A DNA stretch of 64,000 nucleotides from an uncultured Flavobacteriales bacterium (GTDB lineage: Bacteria > Bacteroidota > Bacteroidia > Flavobacteriales_D > Sanyastnellaceae). Made by a program: the position numbers and the translations under genes. The notes under the pieces were generated by a model. The model had not been told where the DNA came from. It did not search any database and was given only the letters and a program-made list of their open reading frames with translations. The stretch spans positions 3,813-67,812 of the forward strand of contig CALSMK010000011.1 in NCBI GenBank assembly GCA_943787435.1. The letters run 5' to 3'. Positions 18,293 to 27,611 of this stretch are shown here, one piece after another; within the stretch, counting starts at the first letter, position 1, and every line of letters begins with the position of its first letter.

Positions 18293-18717
18293 TGGGCAGC
18301 GGCGGCCTGAGGAATGGCTTCATCAAATTTGAGGATGGCAACGCGGCCGAGTTCTTCAAATTCACAGCTGTCGGCCAATTGGCGCATGAGGAACACGCCA
18401 CGCCCATTGGGTTTTTCCAGGTTTTCTGGAGCGGTTGGGTCCGGGATGTTCTCGTGGTCAAATCCCGGTCCTTGATCGGTCACCGTGAACGTCAAAACCG
18501 GGCCTTCTGTAGAGACCTTGACGTTGACCATCTTGCTGACATCCAGTTTGTTGCCATGCACAATGGCATTGTTCACTGCCTCCGTCATGGCGATGAGAAT
18601 CTCCCCGTAATGGGTTTCATCGACGCTAAAATCTTCGCAAATCTGATTGATGAGGGCTTCCACTTCTGTGATGCCCTCCATTCTAGAGGCGATTTGTAGT
18701 TCTCTCACTTCGGACAT
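18289..18717 (-). CDS. RsbW-like anti-sigma regulatory factor / Ser-Thr kinase (HATPase_c_2)
   Basis: 142 aa. EAVNNAIVHGN (N-box), VTDQGPGFD (G1) and GRGVFLMRQLAD (G2) are present. Confidence 0.8.
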   Translation of the reverse strand: MSEVRELQIASRMEGITEVEALINQICEDFSVDETHYGEILIAMTEAVNNAIVHGNKLDVSKMVNVKVSTEGPVLTFTVTDQGPGFDHENIPDPTAPENLEKPNGRGVFLMRQLADSCEFEELGRVAILKFDEAIPQAAAAQ

Positions 18718-18726
18718 GGCAGAAAT

Positions 18727-21700
18727 TCACTCCTGATTCGGAAGCTCCAAAGTATTGAAATAATCGTTGACCCTGAGCTTGTAGTAAGGCGTTAAGTCAG
18801 CGGGAACTGTTCGCAAAAGTTCGATCTCTTGTGCTTTCCGTTTCTGATACTCTTCTAGACTGGGTGGCGCGTCGCGCGGTGTTTCCCGCGCTGTGCGGGA
18901 TTCTCGCTCCTCTTTTTCCCCCCGAATGCGTTCAGCGGTTTCGGCCTCAAGCAACCGTGTGAGGATGTCTTGCTGTCGGTCAAGCGTCAGTTGATCGAGC
19001 TCCCCCTTCACAATGTCTTTTTCGATGTCTTCCATCTGCTTGGCGATGTCTTCCAAGCCATTGCCTGAACCCGAACCGTCTTCATTGAGCTGTTTACCAA
19101 GCTCTTGGGTCATTTGTCGTATGGCGGATTGCTGTGCGGCCATTTGGGCCAACTCCTTGCTCATGCCGCGCTTGCCTTCTTTTCCTTCGCCCTCATTGAA
19201 GCCTTTCATCTTTTCTTTCATGCGCTCCAATTGCTTGGATAAGGACTGTTGCATGCCCTTCAGTTGTTTGGCGCTGGGGGAGGGCTTGGATCCGCTTCCA
19301 CCGGGTTTCTCGCAGTTTCCCGTGCCCGGTTTGTTGCAGCTGGACTCGCTTTGCATTTGCTGCAACACCTCATCCAGAAGCAAAGCCAGGTTGTTGAAGG
19401 AGGTCATCACATACTGCTGGTTGCTGGTGATGATGGCGGTCTTGCGGTCTGTAAACCCACCTAGAGCCTGACCCATATGAAGGTTGACCAGGCTGATTTC
19501 GCGGTTCACAATGGACTGCAACTGCGTGACCCGCTTGCTGAGGGCAAACAAGCTGTCTTTGACCATCTCCGCATCATCCTTGAGCTTGCGCTGGGTTTGC
19601 CCGTGTGTGACATAGCGAGGGTCGTCTTTTTGAGTGCTGCCAACGGCAGACATCAGGTCTTCTTCGTCGAAGGACAGGGTAATGATATTTTCGAGCAGCG
19701 CCCTCAGGGCTTCCATGTCCTCTTCCATGGACTCTTGTTCTCCCGATTCCATGGCGCTTTCCATCTGCTGCGCCATTTGTTCCATCTTTTTTGCTGCGCC
19801 TTTTTGGCTTTGTGAAGCTTTCTTCTCTTTTCCGCTGTCGAGCTGCTCTCCCGCCTCGTTCATGTCCTGTTCGATCTCCTCTTGGAGCTCCTCCATTTTG
19901 GGCATCCCGTTGGGGTTTTCCAATTCTTCGTTGAGCTTCTCGGCATCGTCTAAAGCCTCCTGAATTTTGTCAAACTCTTGATCCAGAGAGTCTTGCTTGG
20001 CCTTGAGTTCTTCTTCCTCGGTTTCTCCTGCGGCTGTCTCCTCGGCGAGTTCTTCTTGCTTTTCGGCGAGCTTTTCCAAATCAGAAATGGCTTCGTCCAT
20101 TTTTTGCTCCCACTGCAGTTGCTTGAACTGTTCGAGTGCGCGGTCCAATTCCTGCTCCATGGCCTCTTGGTCGAGGTCCATCTTTTCAAGCTGCTCTTCG
20201 ATTTTCTCCTTGTCTCCCTCTTCCAGCTGCTCCATCAGCTCTCTCATCTCGTCAAACATCTCTTGCAGCTCGTCGGTCATGACCTCATCCATGAGCCTTT
20301 GCAGTTCTTCTTGCTTCTTCTGCAGCTCTTCGTTGGGCGGGGCAAACTCTGCCTGTTGCTCATTCTTCTTCCGGTTCTCCTCTTGCATTTTCTGCACCTC
20401 CTCTTTCAGTGCTTCTTGTTGCTTGAGCAGTTCCTCCATGGCCGCTTTTTCTTCCCAACCCATCTCGTCCTCCTCCATCAGCTCTCTGCGGAGTTCTTGC
20501 ATTTGTTCCCTCAGGCGACGGGCCTCCTCCAAATTCTCTTCCAACGCGGCGGACAATTCTGCATCGGCGCTGTCCAGTTGTTGTGCCAGCTCCTCCTCAG
20601 TGGGGGCTTGGTGCACAAACGTGCGAGAACGCGTCATCTTGGGGCCATTGACCCCATCATTGTCTCGGACTTCAAACCAATACTCCACAGCGTCTCCGAG
20701 TCCGATGCCTGCTTCTGAGAGGTCCCAAAAGTGGATGAAGCCGTCTTCTCGGCGTGAAGGGCGGTCGAGCGTCAGTGATTCTTTAGAGCCGCCCTTTTTC
20801 TGGAAAACAAAACGAAGGCTGGTGAAGCCATAATCGTCTTGGACCAATCCGTTGAAGGCCATTCTGTTGAATGAAAGGCTATCGGGGATTTCTGCGACCC
20901 GAATGTTGGGTGGCCTGTCGGCAATGGTGCGCAAGCGGTAGCGAACCGAATCGGCCTCTTGAACTTGAGCTGACCGCGGTTGGATCAAGTAGCTGAGGTC
21001 CGATTTTGCCGTTTTGGAAAAGCTAAACCGGTTGTTGACGTCCGCGGTGAGCTCGTTTTCCTCTGCGCCCCACTTCACGATGAGTGTCTCGGTGTTTCGC
21101 GTGCCCAATTGGAACTGCAGGATGCTGCCTTCGGGAACGTCGAGGTCTCCTTCATTCCGCTGTTGGAAAGGGGGGATTCCTGTGTGAATAGGGGGCTGAA
21201 CCTTCACCTGAAGGTCTTGGAGTTCTGGTCTGGGGAGAACCGTGAGGCGCAGGTCCAATGCCGGGGTTCCAGGGGCAGACACCACCAAGTTCATCGACTC
21301 ACGGACGGCCCGGAAGCGGTAGCTCCACCCGCCACTTGGACCGCGTTCCATCCGGAAACGGCCTTCTCCAGCCTCTACCTCAATTCGCGCAGGCACAACG
21401 GTGCCGACCGTTTTGATTTGAAGCGTGAAGTCTGTTCGCTCGATGGCCACAAGCCCTCCCACTTGAACCAATCGAAAGTCAGGAATGTCGAGGGCTTCGG
21501 TTCTGTGGTGAATGAGGCGGTCTGTGGGCGCTTCCATCGCTTCTGGCAAGGCGAGGTACAGCCCGGCAAACAGCAGGAGGGGGGGAAGGGCATACTTGAG
21601 GTACTTCCTGTTTTCTCCAAAGTCGACGGCCGACGTGAAGCGATAGGGCTTGAGTTCCTGGCTTCTTTGGGCGATCGACGCCTCCAGCAGCTCCTGACTT

Positions 21701-22074
21701 GCGACGTCTTCTCCTTTGGAGCTTTCTTGAAGCTGCAAGGTGTTGAGCAACCGGTCTTCAATCTCGGGGAAGTGCCGACCAATGATCCGGGCCGCATCGT
21801 CGTGGTTCAATCCAGCCTGCAGGCGGATAAGCCTCATTACGGGAAGGAGGATGTACCGCACCGTGACCCAGGTCACCACGGCCACGAACAGGTAGAACAA
21901 GGCTGTTCTGGCGCTGGTTCCGAACCGCCCAAATGCCTCTAAACCAATCACAGCCAACCACGCCATGGGCAAGGAGGCGCCCAAGATGAAGCAACCACGC
22001 AGCATTTCGTTGCGGTGGTACTTCCGGACAAAGGAGTCCAGTTTTTGTTTGAGGTCTTGTGGTGCTGCGGCCAT
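18727..22074 (-). CDS. large membrane protein with an E/K/Q-rich coiled coil, DUF4175-like
   Basis: 1115 aa. N-terminal TM pair (CFILGASLPMAWLAVIGL, ALFYLFVAVVTWVTV), a third TM, a beta-rich middle, about 350 aa of acidic coiled coil, and a C-terminal ...TPYYKLRVNDYFNTL. The architecture matches my recollection of DUF4175 proteins. Confidence 0.6.
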   Translation of the reverse strand: MAAAPQDLKQKLDSFVRKYHRNEMLRGCFILGASLPMAWLAVIGLEAFGRFGTSARTALFYLFVAVVTWVTVRYILLPVMRLIRLQAGLNHDDAARIIGRHFPEIEDRLLNTLQLQESSKGEDVASQELLEASIAQRSQELKPYRFTSAVDFGENRKYLKYALPPLLLFAGLYLALPEAMEAPTDRLIHHRTEALDIPDFRLVQVGGLVAIERTDFTLQIKTVGTVVPARIEVEAGEGRFRMERGPSGGWSYRFRAVRESMNLVVSAPGTPALDLRLTVLPRPELQDLQVKVQPPIHTGIPPFQQRNEGDLDVPEGSILQFQLGTRNTETLIVKWGAEENELTADVNNRFSFSKTAKSDLSYLIQPRSAQVQEADSVRYRLRTIADRPPNIRVAEIPDSLSFNRMAFNGLVQDDYGFTSLRFVFQKKGGSKESLTLDRPSRREDGFIHFWDLSEAGIGLGDAVEYWFEVRDNDGVNGPKMTRSRTFVHQAPTEEELAQQLDSADAELSAALEENLEEARRLREQMQELRRELMEEDEMGWEEKAAMEELLKQQEALKEEVQKMQEENRKKNEQQAEFAPPNEELQKKQEELQRLMDEVMTDELQEMFDEMRELMEQLEEGDKEKIEEQLEKMDLDQEAMEQELDRALEQFKQLQWEQKMDEAISDLEKLAEKQEELAEETAAGETEEEELKAKQDSLDQEFDKIQEALDDAEKLNEELENPNGMPKMEELQEEIEQDMNEAGEQLDSGKEKKASQSQKGAAKKMEQMAQQMESAMESGEQESMEEDMEALRALLENIITLSFDEEDLMSAVGSTQKDDPRYVTHGQTQRKLKDDAEMVKDSLFALSKRVTQLQSIVNREISLVNLHMGQALGGFTDRKTAIITSNQQYVMTSFNNLALLLDEVLQQMQSESSCNKPGTGNCEKPGGSGSKPSPSAKQLKGMQQSLSKQLERMKEKMKGFNEGEGKEGKRGMSKELAQMAAQQSAIRQMTQELGKQLNEDGSGSGNGLEDIAKQMEDIEKDIVKGELDQLTLDRQQDILTRLLEAETAERIRGEKEERESRTARETPRDAPPSLEEYQKRKAQEIELLRTVPADLTPYYKLRVNDYFNTLELPNQE

Positions 22075-22127
22075 TTTTTGCAGGTCTTCCGGTAAAACGG
22101 AATTGCACCCCTGAAGTTACGTTTCTC

Positions 22128-22169
22128 TGGGGTCATGAAATTCATCTCTTGTTAAAGTGGGGTCATGAA
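22128..22169 (+). repeat. 12-nt direct repeat TGGGGTCATGAA x2, 30 nt apart, in the divergent control region
   Basis: Copies at 22128-22139 and 22158-22169. Each contains an ATG: the first opens a 6-codon uORF (MKFISC*), and the second is the first in-frame ATG of the LTD protein. Confidence 0.85.
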
Positions 22170-25100
22170 GTCTCGCCCTACTTTCGCGCTCGATTCCAAA
22201 CCATTGGAAATGCGTTCACTACACTCTCTTCTCCTCGGCTCGTTTTTGCTGGCGTCCATCCTGATGTGCGCTCCTTCAGCCGGTTACGCTCAAAATGTAT
22301 TCATCAATGAGGTGGATGCAGACAACAATTCGGTGCCTGACAGCCTAGAGTTCGTGGAGCTCTTCGGGGACCCCAACTTGCCTTTGGACGGCCACATCAT
22401 CGTGTTTTACAAAGGCGGCGGAAACACAGTAACCACAAATGTGTACGCGGCGTTTGACCTCGATGGGCAGAGCACGGACAGTCTGGGCTTCTTCCTTTTG
22501 GCCAATCCAGCCGTCGAGGGCGTCGACGTTGAGTTTGAACCGGGCCTTCTTCGTGATGGTGGAGATGCAGTTGCCCTTTTTGTGGGAGACAGCGCAGACT
22601 TTCCCAACGGAACGCCATTGACGACGATGGGCCTTTTGGACGCCGTGGTTTACGGCACAGCTGACCAAACCAACCCCTTCTTAATTGACTCGCTGACACC
22701 GGGGCAACCTCAATTGGATGAATGGATGTTGGGCGCTGAGAATGGCGGCGCTTTGGCTTGGGCTCGCCTCCCGGACGGAGGCCCCGCATTTTCTTCAGAC
22801 CTCATGGTTCTTCAGCAGCCCACCCCGGGTTACACGAACCTCTTGGATTGTGACGGAGGGTTGATTTCCGCGCAAGGCGGAGAAAATGGTTCCGCTCAAG
22901 TCTGTGTAGACCTCGCCGGGGGCTTCTTGCCCTTCACAGCTTCGTCCAACGCTCTGGAAAGCGCATACGGGCTGGTCATCACTGACCTCGATGGAGATGT
23001 GATCGACGTGGTTCCAGGCGGCCAAGGGAATTTGGGCTACAACTTCTCAGGATCACCCGCCGGTCCGTGTTTGGTTTGGGGCATGAGCTACGATGGCGAT
23101 TTGGACCCCTCCAGTATCGAGGTGGGTGCGCCCTACGACAGCATCCAGGCCTCTGGGTGTGTCGCCTTTAGCGCGTTGCCTGTGGAAGTGGACCGCATCT
23201 ATTGTTTGCCACCAAGTTGTGATGGTGGAGCGGTCTACACCGCTGCAGGGGCCGACGAGGCCACGGGGTGCCTCACCTTTTCCAACACCTTGGTACAGTT
23301 TGGATACATCACCCAGAGCCCCGAGGCGGAATACCTCTTTGTGATTTGCGATGAAAACGGGGACATTTTGGATTCCACAAGCACCCCGGAATATGACTTT
23401 GAAGGCTTGGGACTGGGCGAATACTCGGTATACGGCTTCGGGCATTTGGGCACCATTGATTCTGCCAGTGCAGCGGTTGGTCAGCCTGTTTCAGAGTTGC
23501 AAGCCGACTCTTGCGGCTTGCTTTCAGGACAGGCTTTGGACGTGTCCATTTTGGCCTGTGACCCGAGCGGTTTGTGCACGGACTTGTTTTTCTCTGAATA
23601 CGTCGACGGAAGCACCTTCAGCAAAGGGCTCGAGATCTACAACCCCAGCGGTTCAGCTTCTGCCGATTTGACGGAGTACACCGTAAAGACTTTCAACAAC
23701 GGCAGCAACGTGGCCAACCACGAATTGGAATTGACAGGAACCTTGGGACCCGGTGAAGTCCTCACCATCGCCAACCCCGACGCGACTTCGGACTTGGCGC
23801 AGTTGGCGGATGTTCTGGACGACGTGACGCTGTTCAATGGAAACGACGCCACCACCTTGGAGCGCAACGGCGTGGTGGTGGATGTTTTGGGCGTCGTCGG
23901 AGAGAACCCCGGTGAAGGCTGGCCAGTCAACGACGTGACCATGTTGCACAACACGTTGGTCCGGAATCCAGACGTCACGTCGGGATCACCGGACTGGAGT
24001 GTGGTTCAAAACCAATGGATGGACTACCCGGAAAACACCTTTGACTTTTTTGGAGAGCACACAGCGTTGCCTTGTGGGCTGGATACCAATGCCACGCCCA
24101 CTGTGGGCTTCGGTGTGGCCGACATCGTTGCCTTTGAGGGAGATGTGATTGCCATTGAGCTGCCCGTGGACCTGCCCGTAGAAGAGTTACAGGTTCAAGT
24201 GGACGTCTTGGCTGGTGGAACCGCTCAAGCCGTGTCTGACTTTGGAACGCTGTTCCCACTCAACCTCACCTTTCCACAGGGTTGGCTGGCTCCGCAGTCG
24301 TTCACCATCGGCATCGTCGATGATTTTGAGCCAGAAGGATTGGAAAGCTTCACACTCTCGATGACCGTCATCACCGACAACGCCGAAGTGTTGATTGAGG
24401 AGGTCACCATTCAAATTGCGCCGAGTGACTTGGGCTTTCCCTTCTACCCCATAGCAGATGTGCGGGGTGTGGACGGCAACGGGGTGCTGGACAGCTTGTT
24501 GATCCCCTGTGAGCTCCGCGGTGTGGTGCACGGCTTCAACACCTACCCATCGGGATTGAGGTTCACCATCATCGACCCCAGTTCGGGCATCGAGGTCTAC
24601 AGCCCAGTAGACAACTACAATTACCTGGTCGAAGAGGGCGACAGCGTTCGTGTTCGCGGCGCCATTCAGCAGTTCCAAGGCCGCGCTCAAATTTTGGCCG
24701 ACACCTTGATTCTCGCAGCAGAAGACCAGCCTATTCAAGAGCCTGAACTTGTGAATGAATTGAATGAAGAGACCGAGAGTGACTTGATTCGATTGAAGTG
24801 CGTGGAGTTGGTCAATCCCGCAGAGTGGACCAACATCGCCCCCCAATTTGAGGTCTACGTTTCCACAGGAGCTGCTTTGTACAAAATGGTGATTGACGGC
24901 GACACAGATTTGTTTGGTACCGAAGCTCCTGAGGGGGTATTTGGCGTCACAGGCATAGGTGGACAACGCGATGATGAGGCGCCATTTTTGGACAATTACA
25001 CTGTGCTCCCAAGGGGGGCCTTTGATCTGTCAGAGCCGGTTTCTGCCGCCTTTGGGGCGCCAGGAAGTTGGGATTCCGAAGACGGCCCCGTTCCCTTCGA

Positions 25101-25563
25101 CAACCAGTCCACAGGGGCGGGGGGGTACTACTGGAGCTTTGGGGATGGAAGCGGTTTAGACACCACCACTTCGCCACTTCATGACTTCCCGACAGACAGC
25201 ACGTACACGGTGATTTTGACCGCAGAGAGCACCGATGGAGTATGCACGGACCAGGCGGTTCAAGAGGTCACGGTGGTCTTCCCTGATACCACCAGCATCG
25301 GAGTGTCAGAATTGGAGTGGATGCCCATAGAGGGCGGCCCAGTTCCATTCGGCGAGGGCCAACCTCTCCAGTTGAATGTGGGGCCCGACATGGACCACTG
25401 GCTCATGCGCGATGGACAAGGCCGTCTGGTGCGGCAGGGGGGAGCCCTGGCGGCTGGAACTCAACTGACCGTGCGGCCTGAAGGGTTGCGCTCTGGTTGG
25501 TTCATTTTGGTGTTCGTAGACGACGCGGGTCGGCATTGGTCCATGCCCGTCACCGTCCGTTGA
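22165..25563 (+). CDS. secreted multidomain protein: 2x lamin-tail (LTD), Calx-beta, OB-fold-like, PKD, T9SS type-A C-terminal sorting domain
   Basis: NVFINEVDADN...EFVELFG and LFFSEYVDGS...LEIYNPSG are LTD-like. AFEGDVIAIEL...VDDFEPEGLESFTL is Calx-beta-like. YYWSFGDGS...HDF...YTVILT is PKD-like. The last ~80 aa resemble a Por secretion tail. The signal peptide is clearer from ATG 22210 (MRSLHSLLLGSFLLASILMCAPSAGYAQ). Confidence 0.75.
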   Translation: MKSRPTFALDSKPLEMRSLHSLLLGSFLLASILMCAPSAGYAQNVFINEVDADNNSVPDSLEFVELFGDPNLPLDGHIIVFYKGGGNTVTTNVYAAFDLDGQSTDSLGFFLLANPAVEGVDVEFEPGLLRDGGDAVALFVGDSADFPNGTPLTTMGLLDAVVYGTADQTNPFLIDSLTPGQPQLDEWMLGAENGGALAWARLPDGGPAFSSDLMVLQQPTPGYTNLLDCDGGLISAQGGENGSAQVCVDLAGGFLPFTASSNALESAYGLVITDLDGDVIDVVPGGQGNLGYNFSGSPAGPCLVWGMSYDGDLDPSSIEVGAPYDSIQASGCVAFSALPVEVDRIYCLPPSCDGGAVYTAAGADEATGCLTFSNTLVQFGYITQSPEAEYLFVICDENGDILDSTSTPEYDFEGLGLGEYSVYGFGHLGTIDSASAAVGQPVSELQADSCGLLSGQALDVSILACDPSGLCTDLFFSEYVDGSTFSKGLEIYNPSGSASADLTEYTVKTFNNGSNVANHELELTGTLGPGEVLTIANPDATSDLAQLADVLDDVTLFNGNDATTLERNGVVVDVLGVVGENPGEGWPVNDVTMLHNTLVRNPDVTSGSPDWSVVQNQWMDYPENTFDFFGEHTALPCGLDTNATPTVGFGVADIVAFEGDVIAIELPVDLPVEELQVQVDVLAGGTAQAVSDFGTLFPLNLTFPQGWLAPQSFTIGIVDDFEPEGLESFTLSMTVITDNAEVLIEEVTIQIAPSDLGFPFYPIADVRGVDGNGVLDSLLIPCELRGVVHGFNTYPSGLRFTIIDPSSGIEVYSPVDNYNYLVEEGDSVRVRGAIQQFQGRAQILADTLILAAEDQPIQEPELVNELNEETESDLIRLKCVELVNPAEWTNIAPQFEVYVSTGAALYKMVIDGDTDLFGTEAPEGVFGVTGIGGQRDDEAPFLDNYTVLPRGAFDLSEPVSAAFGAPGSWDSEDGPVPFDNQSTGAGGYYWSFGDGSGLDTTTSPLHDFPTDSTYTVILTAESTDGVCTDQAVQEVTVVFPDTTSIGVSELEWMPIEGGPVPFGEGQPLQLNVGPDMDHWLMRDGQGRLVRQGGALAAGTQLTVRPEGLRSGWFILVFVDDAGRHWSMPVTVR

Positions 25564-25566
25564 TGC

Positions 25567-26472
25567 ATGGGTCGGCCCAAGGCCATATTTATCCTTCATG
25601 CCACGGTTGTGGTCTTTGGGTTTACCGGGGTTCTGGGCAAGCTGATTGAGTTGCCGGCGGTTCCGCTGGTGTTTTGGCGCACCCTCATCGGGGCTTTGGG
25701 TTTGCACGCATGGATGCTGGCCAAAGGCCGAAGGGGAGGGATTCCAAAAAAGCTCTTCATCCCCGTTGCGCTGACGGGAGCTCTGGTGGCCTTGCATTGG
25801 GTGACCTTTTTTGCCGCCATCAAAGCATCTACCGTGTCTTTGGCCCTGGCGGTGATGGCCACCGCCCCCTTTTTTGTGGCCTTCATTGAGCCCGTGGTGA
25901 GGCGCAAGCGTTTGGATGTCAAAGAAGTCTTTTTGGGTGTCGTTGCCGTGTTTGGGCTGTGGTGGATGTACCGGGTCGATGTTTCGGCCGGCTGGGGAAT
26001 GGCGCTCGCTTTGATGAGCTCATTCTGCGCCGCCTTGTTTGGCACATTGAACAGCCTCTGGAGCCAGAGCGCCTCCTCTCTTTCTGTGTCGCGCCTGGAG
26101 TTGGCTGTGGCCTGCGGCTTGATCGGGCTTTGGATGGCTGCGACGGGCGGATGGACGGAGGCTTGGCCCAGTCATGGCGACTGGTTGTGGTTGTTGCTGT
26201 TGGGCTTGGTGGCCACCTCACTGGCCTTTGCATTGACGGTAGAGGTCATGCGTGTTTTGAGCCCGTTCACGGTGGCCATGGCCATCAACCTGGAACCCAT
26301 TTATGCCATCGGCTTGGCGCTTTTGGTCTTTGGGGGAGAAGAGGTCATGCCCCCAGGGTTTTATGGGGGAGCCGCGGTTTTGATTTTGAGTGTGTTCCTG
26401 GACGTGCTCCTGAAAAAGCGACGTTCAAAGGGGGCTCAAACCACAGGCGTCACACCATCAAGTCCAGCGTGA
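25567..26472 (+). CDS. DMT superfamily (EamA-like) transporter
   Basis: 301 aa with about 10 predicted TM helices in two EamA-like halves. Confidence 0.8.
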   Translation: MGRPKAIFILHATVVVFGFTGVLGKLIELPAVPLVFWRTLIGALGLHAWMLAKGRRGGIPKKLFIPVALTGALVALHWVTFFAAIKASTVSLALAVMATAPFFVAFIEPVVRRKRLDVKEVFLGVVAVFGLWWMYRVDVSAGWGMALALMSSFCAALFGTLNSLWSQSASSLSVSRLELAVACGLIGLWMAATGGWTEAWPSHGDWLWLLLLGLVATSLAFALTVEVMRVLSPFTVAMAINLEPIYAIGLALLVFGGEEVMPPGFYGGAAVLILSVFLDVLLKKRRSKGAQTTGVTPSSPA

Positions 26473-27571
26473 TGGCGTCCCCCATGGGCCATTGGTCCTC
26501 GGGAATGCGCAGCCTTTCGTGGTGCCATTCACATTTGCCTGAAGTCAAGAGGCCAGTCAAAGCCTCTTGTTGACGGACATCCAAGCCTGTGGTTGTTTTG
26601 AGCAGGTCGGGATTGATGCCTTGCGCCCTCCTTAGCCCTGTGATCAGCGCCTCATTGAATTGATCTTCTGCGGTGAGTGTCTCCGCCTGAATTTGGGTTG
26701 AAAACACACCTTGTTCAGCCGCCTTCATATAGGCCGCGTTGGAGCGACCGTTCCACCACCTTCGGGGGCGCTTAAAGCTGTGCGCGCCTGGACCAATGCC
26801 CAAGTAAGGAGTGCCATCCCAATAGGCGCTGTTGTGCTGGCTGTGCCCACCGGGCCGGGCAAAATTGGACACCTCATAATGCTCAAACCCACCAGCCTTG
26901 GAGGCTGTGCAGAGCTGATTGTACTCTTGGATGACCTGAGAATCTGGAGGGGGAACCAATTGTCCTTTGGAGAGTTGGCTCCCATAAAGGGTCTTGGGCT
27001 CCGCAGTGAGGATATAAGAACTGAGGTGGTCCACAGGCAAATCCAGCGCGCGTTGAAGGTCTTTTTCCCAGCGGTCCTTTTGTCCCACAGGAACCCCATA
27101 GATGAGGTCCAGCGAAAGGTGGTCAAACCCCGCCTTGGCGGCATTCAGAATCACCTCTTCGGCTTTGTCTGCACCATGGATGCGGCGCATCCACTGGAGC
27201 ACATCCGGCTCGAAACTTTGAACACCAATGCTCAACCGGCCGACGCCAGCCTCTTTTAGTTTGTCCAGAACCGGTCCATTTAGGTCCTCGGGGTTGGCCT
27301 CGAGTGTCCATTCCTCTAGGGCCCAATTGGCTTCAGAAAAGGCCACAGAGGCGATTTCCTTGAGGGCTTCTGTGCTCAGCAAACTCGGGGTTCCTCCACC
27401 GAAATAAAGGGTGGTGAACGTTTCTTCCTTCCAGTGTGGGAGCTCCGACTTGAGTTCGATTAAGAGGGCTTGCACCATGCGGTCTCGGTCAGCCAGCTTG
27501 GTCGTGAAATGGAAGTCGCAATAGGTGCAAGCTTGGGCGCAAAAGGGAATGTGCACGTAGAGACCAGCCAT
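26450..27571 (-). CDS. hemW: radical SAM heme chaperone HemW (HemN-like, oxygen-independent coproporphyrinogen oxidase family)
   Basis: MAGLYVHIPFCAQACTYCDFHF is the CxxxCxxC radical-SAM motif, located at ATG 27571. The ORF track starts at 27613. Confidence 0.9.
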   Translation of the reverse strand: MAGLYVHIPFCAQACTYCDFHFTTKLADRDRMVQALLIELKSELPHWKEETFTTLYFGGGTPSLLSTEALKEIASVAFSEANWALEEWTLEANPEDLNGPVLDKLKEAGVGRLSIGVQSFEPDVLQWMRRIHGADKAEEVILNAAKAGFDHLSLDLIYGVPVGQKDRWEKDLQRALDLPVDHLSSYILTAEPKTLYGSQLSKGQLVPPPDSQVIQEYNQLCTASKAGGFEHYEVSNFARPGGHSQHNSAYWDGTPYLGIGPGAHSFKRPRRWWNGRSNAAYMKAAEQGVFSTQIQAETLTAEDQFNEALITGLRRAQGINPDLLKTTTGLDVRQQEALTGLLTSGKCEWHHERLRIPEDQWPMGDAITLDLMV

Positions 27572-27611
27572 GTTGTGCAATGTCGGTTGCGTAGGCGGTA
27601 AATTGCAGTCC

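Noticed and set aside
19978-20833. Two overlapping Leu/Ser/Phe/Cys-rich ORFs (246 and 278 aa) on the + strand
   Set aside because: They are mirror images of the GAG/GAA/AAG-rich coiled-coil coding region of the DUF4175-like gene, so this is purely a compositional artefact.
20980-21942. 320-aa + strand ORF inside the DUF4175-like gene
   Set aside because: It is an antisense shadow with no motifs. The minus-strand frame is continuous and protein-like over 1115 aa.
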